From PVC group bacterium (lineage in GTDB: Bacteria; GCA-001730085; JADFSZ01), in assembly GCA_022560555.1 (NCBI GenBank), contig JADFSZ010000031.1, positions 1 through 12,662 on the forward strand: DNA of 12,662 nucleotides, written 5' to 3'. Under the pieces are notes generated by a model. The model made no database searches. It saw nothing but the letters and a program-made list of their open reading frames with translations, and was not told the origin of the DNA. The translations under genes and the position numbers were made by a program. This document shows positions 1 through 7,126 of this stretch, one piece after another. Position 1 is the stretch's first letter, and every line of letters starts with the position of its first letter.

Positions 1-199
1 TCTCTCCATGAGCTTAAAAAGCACGTGTTGCAATTGAAAGATCTTCTTGTCATACGGCGAGGCATGCGTTTGTCCATTCAGCCTCTTTGCCTCGATCACT
101 TTAAGAAGATTCAAAAAATGGGTGAGTCATAAGAGTCTATTGTCGGAGACCATAGTATTGCATTATCAATTATACTTAAAACGATCAGGAAAATTTATT

Positions 200-1189
200 A
201 TGGATGTTTTGATAGCGTTATTTCTTGTCTTTTTGGGATGTGCCGGACTTTTATATCTTATGACCCGCATGCCGGGAAAAAGTCCTTCCGGGGCTCTCGC
301 TCCCTTAACCCAAGATCAATTGTTATTGCGTGATAGCATGCAAGCGGATTTAAATATTCTCGCTTTTGAAATCGGCGAGCGTAACACGTTTCACATGAAA
401 AGTTATACCAGGGCTTGCGACTTTTTGTTTGATTCACTTGATCAAACCGGTTTGGCCGTACAAAAAATTCCCTATGATATAGACGGACAAAAATTTTATA
501 ACATTGAAGCGCACAAACCAGGCATTCAGGATCAAGACATCATTATCGTGGGCGCCCATTACGATTCTGTTTTAGGTAGTCCGGGTGCGAATGATAACGG
601 CAGCGGTGTCGTTGCCGTTCTCGCGTTAGCCAAACGATTAGCCCATAAACCCCTGACGAAAACCGTACGTTTTGTGCTCTTTGCCAATGAAGAACCCCCT
701 GCCTTCCAAACAAAACAGATGGGAAGCTGGAACTATGCGCGGCGTTGCCGTGAGAACAAAGATCGTATCATCGTAATGCTCTCGATTGAAACTATCGGTT
801 ATTATTCCGAGAACCCCGGAAGCCAGCAGTATCCGTTTCCTTTCGGATTCTTTTACCCTGATACAGGGAATTTTTTAGCCGTGGTTGGTCAACTTAAAAA
901 TCGTTCTCTGATTTCCGGCCTTGTGAAGCATTTACGCACGCACGGTAAAATTCCTACCGAGGGGGTGGCGGCCTTTTCATTCATTCCCGGGGTGGGATGG
1001 TCTGATCATTGGGCCTTTTGGCAAGAAGGATATCCCGCGGTGATGCTCACAGATACGGCGCCTTATCGTTATCCGTTTTATCATTCGGCCGATGACACGA
1101 CGGACAAAATCGATTATGAACAACTCTCAAGAGTCGTGACGGCTCTTGAGCTATTGATTGAAAACCTTGCCGGACATGCGTCCTTATGA
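200..1189 (+). CDS. M28-family zinc aminopeptidase with N-terminal membrane anchor or signal sequence
   Basis: Part of ORF 47..1189. The metal-ligand blocks GAHYDSVLGSPGANDNGSGVVAVLALAK, FANEEPP and GWSDHWAF are typical of peptidase M28. The hydrophobic N-terminus MDVLIALFLVFLGCAGLLYL begins at ATG 200, with AGGA at 187-190. The 47..199 extension uses a TTG start and looks non-coding. Confidence 0.85.
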   Translation: MDVLIALFLVFLGCAGLLYLMTRMPGKSPSGALAPLTQDQLLLRDSMQADLNILAFEIGERNTFHMKSYTRACDFLFDSLDQTGLAVQKIPYDIDGQKFYNIEAHKPGIQDQDIIIVGAHYDSVLGSPGANDNGSGVVAVLALAKRLAHKPLTKTVRFVLFANEEPPAFQTKQMGSWNYARRCRENKDRIIVMLSIETIGYYSENPGSQQYPFPFGFFYPDTGNFLAVVGQLKNRSLISGLVKHLRTHGKIPTEGVAAFSFIPGVGWSDHWAFWQEGYPAVMLTDTAPYRYPFYHSADDTTDKIDYEQLSRVVTALELLIENLAGHASL

Positions 1190-2128
1190 ACGGTTCTGCA
1201 GCATGTTAACGTGAGCGCTTACGCACGCACCCAAAATGTCCAGATTGTACCCGCCTTCTAAGACAGACAGAATACGTCCCTCACAGAGCTCTTCGGCCTT
1301 CTGACATATCCTACTCGTCATCCATCCAAACATATCTGTCGAAAGACAAATTTCCGCTAACGGATCGTCTCTATGGGCGTCAAATCCGGCAGAAATTAAA
1401 ACGATATCCGGATGAAATTTTCCGATGGCCGGCAGTACTTTTTTTTCAAAAGCGTCTTTATATTCCGTGTCTCCCGCTCCGGCATCCATCGGGATATTCA
1501 GCGTTGTCCCTAGCCCTTCTTTTTGACCACGCTCCGACTCATGACCGCTTCCGGGATAAAACGGATATTGATGAAGACTTGTATAATACACGTTTGCATC
1601 TTCTTCAAAGGCGTGCTGTGTGCCGTTTCCATGATGCACATCCCAATCCAGAATAAATACTTTCTTCAGATGATAATGATTTTGGAGATACCGCGCCAAA
1701 ATGGCGATATTATTAAAAAGACAGAATCCCATCGCGGTATGATTCCCGGCATGATGCCCCGGAGGACGAACAGCCGCAAACCCATTAGCGATATCCCCTC
1801 GCATTAAAGCATCCGCGAGAGTCAAACATCCGTTTACCGCTAGACACGCGACTTCAAAAGAAGCCCTGCAGATGGCGACATCGGGACAATCCAATGTCGA
1901 AGCGCCATCCAAACAGCTCTTTTTAACTCTCCGGATATAATTTTCGGAATGAATCGTTTGAATCCATTTTAAATCGTAGCTCTCGGGCTGAAAATGTTGA
2001 AGACCGGAAAACCACTGAGCTTCTTTTAACGCCTTCATAATCACGGAAAGACGCTGGGGATTTTCCGGATGCATCACACCCGTTTCATGCTTCAGGTAAT
2101 CGTTATGATAAAGCAGTCCTGTTAACAT
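1184..2128 (-). CDS. Histone deacetylase (HDAC/AcuC/acetylpolyamine amidohydrolase) family zinc deacetylase
   Basis: 314 aa. The catalytic signature looks intact: PPGHHAG (His-His), DWDVHHGNGTQ and SAGFDAH (Zn ligands), and LEGGYNL (catalytic Tyr). The substrate cannot be inferred from sequence alone. Confidence 0.9.
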   Translation of the reverse strand: MLTGLLYHNDYLKHETGVMHPENPQRLSVIMKALKEAQWFSGLQHFQPESYDLKWIQTIHSENYIRRVKKSCLDGASTLDCPDVAICRASFEVACLAVNGCLTLADALMRGDIANGFAAVRPPGHHAGNHTAMGFCLFNNIAILARYLQNHYHLKKVFILDWDVHHGNGTQHAFEEDANVYYTSLHQYPFYPGSGHESERGQKEGLGTTLNIPMDAGAGDTEYKDAFEKKVLPAIGKFHPDIVLISAGFDAHRDDPLAEICLSTDMFGWMTSRICQKAEELCEGRILSVLEGGYNLDILGACVSAHVNMLQNRS

Positions 2129-2158
2129 CCCTCATTCAAAGTGCCTTCCCACCATCCA

Positions 2159-2680
2159 TCAACCCTTAAGCTCTAGACCGTAATGCTGACACACCTCCAC
2201 AGCGGACCAGGGTTTCGTATCTTTCATTTCGTAACCGAATATTTTGACATATTTTTGGATCGTTTGTAAGTCAGGGGCTTCAATTTCAAGGAGAGGCGGA
2301 AGTCCGGGGAATGTGTCGATTTCAAAAGCAATTTTATTGAGGTGCCAGGAGCTTCGGTGCTTCTTAAAACGCAATATTTCTTTTAATCCTATTTCGGAAA
2401 AGATGTGGCGCAATTCTTCAAGGGAGTCCACTTCAATTTTGTATTCATCTGCCGATTTAACAATCTTTTTCGTAATGTTTGATTTGAGGGTCATCTCAAC
2501 CCGAGGTCCTTTTTGCCGCACGCGCAATCTTTTGCCTTCTTTTGTAAGCCGTGAATCGGCAAAGTCATAAAAAACAGCGACAAGTTGCCCTTCAAAAACT
2601 TTTTTGGCCCCGAGTTCGTTGATCTTTTTAAGGACTTTATCTTTATCAATTTCTAGAATCTTGACTTCTATTTCTTTCAT
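2159..2680 (-). CDS. Stand-alone CYTH / triphosphate tunnel metalloenzyme (class IV adenylate cyclase / triphosphatase superfamily)
   Basis: The N-terminus MKEIEVKILEI carries the ExExK signature of CYTH domains, and the ~173 aa size is typical of single-domain TTMs. ATG 2680 is chosen because the longer ORF to 2770 would overlap the upstream gene that ends at 2698. Whether it acts as a cyclase or a phosphatase is undetermined. Confidence 0.8.
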   Translation of the reverse strand: MKEIEVKILEIDKDKVLKKINELGAKKVFEGQLVAVFYDFADSRLTKEGKRLRVRQKGPRVEMTLKSNITKKIVKSADEYKIEVDSLEELRHIFSEIGLKEILRFKKHRSSWHLNKIAFEIDTFPGLPPLLEIEAPDLQTIQKYVKIFGYEMKDTKPWSAVEVCQHYGLELKG

Positions 2681-2697
2681 TTTCTTATCGCTCTTTT

Positions 2698-3024
2698 TTA
2701 GAAACTTACCCCCATGGACGTGGGCAGATTTATGGATGCATCTTCGTCTATATCCTCCCCTATGCCCCAATTATAATAATCAGCTGCTTTGTTGATACGC
2801 AGATTGGTCCCCTTTATCCCGTATGTGTTTGAGCGCGCTTTAATGTTTTCTACATGCACGATTCCCGGTTCAGAAGAATCGGCCGTATCCCCGGAAACAA
2901 CATCCCCTGTATCGAAAGCATCCGCGTCTTGTAAAACTTCTTTTTCACTAAAACCCAAAGAAGCCATTCCTAAAAAGAACCCCACGCTTAGCACAAAAAT
3001 CATATCTATTTTTTTAAAAACCAT
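2698..3024 (-). CDS. Hypothetical small exported protein (108 aa), no family recognised
   Basis: N-terminal signal-like segment MVFKKIDMIFVLSVGFFLGMASLGFS, followed by an acidic stretch DADAFDTGDVVSGDTADSSEPG. The C-terminus ends in GVSF. The start lies 3 nt after the stop of the upstream gene (TAA AAA ATG on the minus strand). The plus-strand ORF 2789..3115 overlaps it but reads like antisense junk. Confidence 0.55.
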   Translation of the reverse strand: MVFKKIDMIFVLSVGFFLGMASLGFSEKEVLQDADAFDTGDVVSGDTADSSEPGIVHVENIKARSNTYGIKGTNLRINKAADYYNWGIGEDIDEDASINLPTSMGVSF

Positions 3025-3027
3025 TTT

Positions 3028-3702
3028 TTACAATATCCTTTCCCCACGTAAAATTTCCGGGATAGGAGACGTATCAATTCGAAGCCCCCCGTCATGTTCT
3101 ATCCTAATCGTATAAAGAGTTCCCGGAATAAACTTGGTGCCGGGAGCTTCGATTTGCGCGTTTTTAACACCGGCATCCTCTCTTTGATCCGGACGAAGAG
3201 CATATTCCCAAAAATTTTGCCAAAGCTCACGCTCAAACCCATCCTGAATGCCATCCAGTTTATACGCTTGGGGGATTTGACCCGCAGGTCCTATTTCATA
3301 TTCTTCGGTTTGCTCCCCGTCCAACATGAAAACTTTCCAAAACAAATGCAGGCTCTTGCCACGCAGCAGATCCCCCTGCTGAACGTAGTCATCGTCAAAC
3401 CGTATGACGAGCGACTGAAATTGGATAATATTCCCCTGAAACGTGAAGTATTTAGCTTCCATCGGCCGGCCATAGCTGTCATACTCCAAAAACTTTATGG
3501 TTGTTTGATACTTGGACGATGTCTCATCATAACTGACATCGGTCACAAGAACATCGGCCACACGCGTATCGCCCGACATCCGATCAATCATAAGTTTTAG
3601 TATCTCAAGGCGGCGAATCCTTCCAGAAATAATATCATACGCGAAATAGACGCCTGCTAATACCCCCATGACAACAATGATGGAGATGATTTTTTTCAAC
3701 AC
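3028..3702 (-). CDS. Hypothetical membrane-anchored protein (224 aa), no family recognised
   Basis: GTG start at 3702 (TTG at 3699 is an alternative) lies immediately after an in-frame TAA. The N-terminus MLKKIISIIVVMGVLAGVYFAYDII is a classic signal anchor. The remaining ~195 aa have balanced composition and no motif I can name. It is the first gene of a tightly spaced operon. Confidence 0.7.
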   Translation of the reverse strand: MLKKIISIIVVMGVLAGVYFAYDIISGRIRRLEILKLMIDRMSGDTRVADVLVTDVSYDETSSKYQTTIKFLEYDSYGRPMEAKYFTFQGNIIQFQSLVIRFDDDYVQQGDLLRGKSLHLFWKVFMLDGEQTEEYEIGPAGQIPQAYKLDGIQDGFERELWQNFWEYALRPDQREDAGVKNAQIEAPGTKFIPGTLYTIRIEHDGGLRIDTSPIPEILRGERIL

Positions 3703-3742
3703 GGCTTAATCTCTATAGCTCCTTTTTGGCATTATCCCTAAG

Positions 3743-3771
3743 ATTCTAAGCAAAAGCGCCATGAATATCAA
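3743..3771 (-). promoter_or_regulatory. Putative sigma70-type promoter for the 3702-1184 operon
   Basis: On the minus strand: TTGATA (3771-3766), a 17-nt spacer, then TAGAAT (3748-3743). An AAAGGAG element lies in the predicted leader. Confidence 0.45.
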
Positions 3772-3773
3772 GC

Positions 3774-3802
3774 TTGACAATCACTTTATAGATGCATAAG
3801 GT
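3774..3802 (+). promoter_or_regulatory. Putative sigma70-type promoter for the symporter gene
   Basis: Perfect TTGACA (3774-3779), a 17-nt spacer, then TAAGGT (3797-3802), with ATG 3809 six nt further on. The -10 candidate overlaps an SD-like AAGGTGA (3798-3804), so its role is ambiguous. Confidence 0.35.
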
Positions 3803-3808
3803 GAAATT

Positions 3809-5686
3809 ATGCTTGATTTTCTTATCCTACTTATCTTTGTTGTTGTCTCTATTGGCTTTGGGCTTCACGCTCGCCGAAAAGCTTCTCAAAATCTCGAAGA
3901 ATATTTTTTGGCCGGCAAAACTTTATCCGGCTGGCAAGCCGGAATCTCCATGGCGGCCACGCAATTCGCGGCCGATACTCCCCTTTTGGTCACAGGGCTT
4001 ATTGCCACAGCAGGAATTTTTGCTTTGTGGCGTCTCTGGATTTATGGTGTGGCTTTTCTCCTGATGGCGTTCATACTCGCCCCCTGCTGGAGGCGAGCCG
4101 GGGTTTTAACGGACGCGGAACTGACCGAGATCCGTTATAGCGGAAAAGGGGTTCTTCTGTTAAGAATCCTTAAGGCTTTTTACTACGGAACCCTTATCAA
4201 CTGTGTTGTGATGGCCATGGTTCTCATTGCGGCTATTCGGATCGCGGAAGTTTTTCTTCCGTGGCATGAATGGCTTCCTAATATAATGTATCAGCCTTTT
4301 TACCGTCTCACGCAATTCTTTCATTTGGATATGACGTCCGCGATCACTCAACTTCACCCCTCTATCGCTTCAACAAACAATTTGATCAGCATTTTTGCGT
4401 TGTTGGCTTTTACCGCGCTCTATTCCATGACGGGAGGACTCAGAAGCGTTGTTCTAACGGACATTTTCCAGTTTACGATTGCCATGGTAGGAACATTATT
4501 GTACGCTTTTATTGTGGTCAAAAAAATCGGCGGGATGGATGAACTCATTCACAAACTTTACATCTATTACGGCGATGAAGTGGCCCAACAAAGATTATCG
4601 CTCTTCCCTCCATTGTCCCAATGTTTTATCCCTTTTGTTGTTGTCATCAGCCTTCAATGGGTTTTTCAAATGAATAGTGACGGAACAGGATACCTGGCTC
4701 AACGCACCATGGCCTGCCGCACAGATCAAGACGCGCGCCTCGCCGGAGTCATATTCACGTGGGTTCAGATTCTTTTAAGGAGTTTAATCTGGGTTGTGAT
4801 CGGAGTCGCCCTTCTCGTTCTTTATCCGGTCACCATTGAACAATTTCAATCGGCTGATTTCGCCGGGCAACGCGAGGCTTTGTTTGTTTTTGGGATTAAT
4901 GACCATTTGCCCATGGGGGTCCGCGGTCTCATGCTCACAGGGCTTCTCGCGGCACTGGCGTCCACCATTGATACACATCTCAATTGGGGCGCGAGTTACT
5001 GGAGCAATGATATCTATCAAAGACTTATTTGCCAGGCATGGCAAAAAAGAACCCCGCACCGCCGGGAATTGGTTCTTGTCGCGCGTCTATCTAACATCGT
5101 TATTCTTGTTCTCGCGATCATTGTTATGATGAACTTGGGGTCTATCGAAAAGGCATGGCTCCTGAGCCTTCTTTTCGGCGCAGGCATGGGGGCTGTTCTC
5201 GTTTTAAGATGGCTGTGGGAGCGGATCAATCTCTACTCTGAATTGGCGAGCATCATCGTGTCTCTGGTCATGGCTCCGATTCTCCTGATCTGGGTAACTG
5301 ACGAATGGCTCCGGCTTCTCTATATGGCCGTTACATCAAGCCTGGCGGCCATTCTTATCACGTTTGTGACGCCTCCGACACATCCGCACGTCCTCAAGAA
5401 ATTTTACGAACGCGTGCGGCCTGTCGGCTTTTGGCATATGTCGGCTCAACTTGCGGGACGTCCACGGGGCGAGGCATTTACTAAATTCAAATTTTTGTCC
5501 CGGGTTACCCTTTCTTCGGTTTGTTCGCTTTTCCTCATTCTGACCGGAAGTGTTCGTCTTCTCTTGCCGATACCGGGAGGCTTTTCGTGGACAAGCTGGA
5601 TTTTGATTTTGGCGGGATTGGTTCTTTGCCCTTTTTGGATCGGGAAAATGCGTTTGATGAATCAAGAACCGTCTGAAAAATATTAA
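3809..5686 (+). CDS. Sodium:solute symporter (SSS/SLC5) family transporter
   Basis: 625 aa and polytopic. The N-terminal region EEYFLAGKTLSGWQAGISMAATQFAADTPL is characteristic of the SSS family, and many hydrophobic helices run throughout. The substrate is unknown. Confidence 0.85.
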   Translation: MLDFLILLIFVVVSIGFGLHARRKASQNLEEYFLAGKTLSGWQAGISMAATQFAADTPLLVTGLIATAGIFALWRLWIYGVAFLLMAFILAPCWRRAGVLTDAELTEIRYSGKGVLLLRILKAFYYGTLINCVVMAMVLIAAIRIAEVFLPWHEWLPNIMYQPFYRLTQFFHLDMTSAITQLHPSIASTNNLISIFALLAFTALYSMTGGLRSVVLTDIFQFTIAMVGTLLYAFIVVKKIGGMDELIHKLYIYYGDEVAQQRLSLFPPLSQCFIPFVVVISLQWVFQMNSDGTGYLAQRTMACRTDQDARLAGVIFTWVQILLRSLIWVVIGVALLVLYPVTIEQFQSADFAGQREALFVFGINDHLPMGVRGLMLTGLLAALASTIDTHLNWGASYWSNDIYQRLICQAWQKRTPHRRELVLVARLSNIVILVLAIIVMMNLGSIEKAWLLSLLFGAGMGAVLVLRWLWERINLYSELASIIVSLVMAPILLIWVTDEWLRLLYMAVTSSLAAILITFVTPPTHPHVLKKFYERVRPVGFWHMSAQLAGRPRGEAFTKFKFLSRVTLSSVCSLFLILTGSVRLLLPIPGGFSWTSWILILAGLVLCPFWIGKMRLMNQEPSEKY

Positions 5687-6384
5687 TCAAACACTTCAAT
5701 TTTGATTTTTTCAACCTTATCCATGATACTTTGATTCAGGTCCATCCTCCGGTTTTCGGGATCAAAACAAAACAAATGATCCAAAGCCGGCCTCCAGCCC
5801 GCGTCTTCGGTATAAGCACTCGCGTCAACCTGATAATACACAAGAAGGATTTCCCAAAATATTTTCAGATCCATTCCTGATTTTTGAGACATTTTTTTAA
5901 TTTTTCCGGCAGGAATATTTGGATCTGTTTGATTTTTTTTGAGAAACTCTCCGATCGGATCTCCGCCGATCAGTCCGGTTGAAACACGGATTTCTTGCGG
6001 GGTAAAATCCATAGCCTCAAGAAAATTTTCCAGAACGGGGACGGTATATTTATGCTGCAAAGCTTTATCTCCGTCCAAAATGGCTTTCGGTTTACCGAGA
6101 TCATGCAGAATCAAAGTTACAATAAATAGATTATGGCTGAAAGGAAAAGAAAATTTTACTTGCGAGAAATATTTCTTGAATTGGATGAGAACCATCTTTG
6201 TGTGCGTTTCTAAGGTTAACGGGTGGTGACGGACGACGAAAAGATCCATTTGTTCACGAACAAAGGAATTGGCTCTAAAATATTCCATAAGCTGAGTGGG
6301 GTTAACCGTGTTATCCGCTAATAATCCGTTGATGCCTGATCGGTTGATAGGGTCCCACGATTTTGGCGCCTCAAATCCGGTCAT
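5683..6384 (-). CDS. Hypothetical protein with HD-domain-like metal-binding motif (possible phosphohydrolase)
   Basis: 233 aa. A strong SD (GGAGG at 6399-6395) lies 10 nt upstream of ATG 6384. The H...HD...D pattern is present: ETHTKMV, then LILHDLGKP about 36 aa later, then YYQVDASAY. I cannot assign a subfamily. Confidence 0.6.
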   Translation of the reverse strand: MTGFEAPKSWDPINRSGINGLLADNTVNPTQLMEYFRANSFVREQMDLFVVRHHPLTLETHTKMVLIQFKKYFSQVKFSFPFSHNLFIVTLILHDLGKPKAILDGDKALQHKYTVPVLENFLEAMDFTPQEIRVSTGLIGGDPIGEFLKKNQTDPNIPAGKIKKMSQKSGMDLKIFWEILLVYYQVDASAYTEDAGWRPALDHLFCFDPENRRMDLNQSIMDKVEKIKIEVFD

Positions 6385-6427
6385 CCTTATTTCCCCTCCA
6401 TCACCACATCTTATAAAGAACTATGAT

Positions 6428-7126
6428 ATGATCATTTTTATGAGCTCATCTCTCGAGCATAAAATTACAACGTGTGTCCTCTGTCCGCGGCTTGTTCAGT
6501 GGCGTCAAGACATCGGACAGATCAAAGTCCGTCGGTTTCAAGATGACACGTACTGGGCCAAGCCTGTGGCCGGATTCGGATCCCTGCAAGCAGAGTGTCT
6601 GATCGTCGGTTTAGCGCCGGCGGCTCACGGAGCCAATCGAACGGGACGCATGTTCACCGGGGACAGAAGCGGTGAATGGCTCTACCGGGCCCTTGCCAAA
6701 CAGGGATTCGCCAATCAAGCCGAATCCCACCATCGAAAAGACGGCTTGAAACTTCACAATTGTTTTATCACGGCGGTTCTTCACTGCGCTCCGCCTCAAA
6801 ATAAACCCGCCAAAGATGAAATCACGAATTGCCGTAGATTTTTCAGTTCGGAATTTCGGCAATTGAAGCGACTCCGCGTGATGATTTGCCTTGGACAAAT
6901 TGCGTTCAAGGAAACCCTCTGCTTATTGGAAAGTGAGCTTCAAATAAAATTTACCCCTAAACCTAAATTTTCTCACGGGAACACTTTTAAAACATCCCGC
7001 GATTTAACCATCATCGGGTCTTATCACCCAAGTCAGCAGAACACGTTTACGGGAAAATTAACGGAGGAGATGTTTGACACCGTTTTTAGAAAAGCCCGCC
7101 ATATTCTCAATAAATCTCAGGACTGA
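6428..7126 (+). CDS. Uracil-DNA glycosylase superfamily protein, Fe-S type (motifs resemble family 5 / UDGb)
   Basis: Motif A is GLAPAAHGANRTGRMFTGD (GLAPA rather than the GE-x-PG of family 4). Motif B is SYHPSQQN. The Cys pattern CVLCPRL ... HCAPPQNKPAKDEITNC (C-x2-C ... C-x14-C) fits the 4Fe-4S cluster of families 4 and 5. The start is ATG 6428, with ATG 6440 as an alternative. The 6296 start in the ORF track would overlap the divergent gene. Confidence 0.8.
   Translation: MIIFMSSSLEHKITTCVLCPRLVQWRQDIGQIKVRRFQDDTYWAKPVAGFGSLQAECLIVGLAPAAHGANRTGRMFTGDRSGEWLYRALAKQGFANQAESHHRKDGLKLHNCFITAVLHCAPPQNKPAKDEITNCRRFFSSEFRQLKRLRVMICLGQIAFKETLCLLESELQIKFTPKPKFSHGNTFKTSRDLTIIGSYHPSQQNTFTGKLTEEMFDTVFRKARHILNKSQD

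Noticed and set aside
47-199. N-terminal extension of the peptidase ORF (TTG start, MSYGEACVCPFSLF...)
   Set aside because: The extension has no signal or domain character and no SD. The ATG at 200 gives a typical hydrophobic N-terminus preceded by AGGA. The upstream part is more likely a 5' UTR or promoter region.
2681-2770. Longer version of the CYTH ORF (MGHRGGYRRRCIHKSAHVHGGKFLKK...)
   Set aside because: It would overlap the 3' end of the upstream 108-aa gene by about 70 nt and add a basic low-complexity head. CYTH domains normally begin right at the ExExK strand, which here follows ATG 2680.
3094-3600. 168-aa plus-strand ORF antisense to the 224-aa gene. Similar antisense ORFs occur at 1523-1807, 2244-2570, 2604-2795, 2789-3115 and 3291-3482.
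   Set aside because: Their composition is Arg/Lys/Leu/Ile/Ser-rich and low in acidic residues. They have no start context and each lies inside a better-supported gene on the other strand. They are typical shadow ORFs.
4160-5665. Several 65-109-aa ORFs inside or antisense to the symporter gene (4160-4357, 4784-5059, 4836-5129, 5017-5229, 5336-5665)
   Set aside because: They are shadow or off-frame ORFs within a continuous, well-supported 625-aa transporter ORF. They are basic, low-complexity translations.
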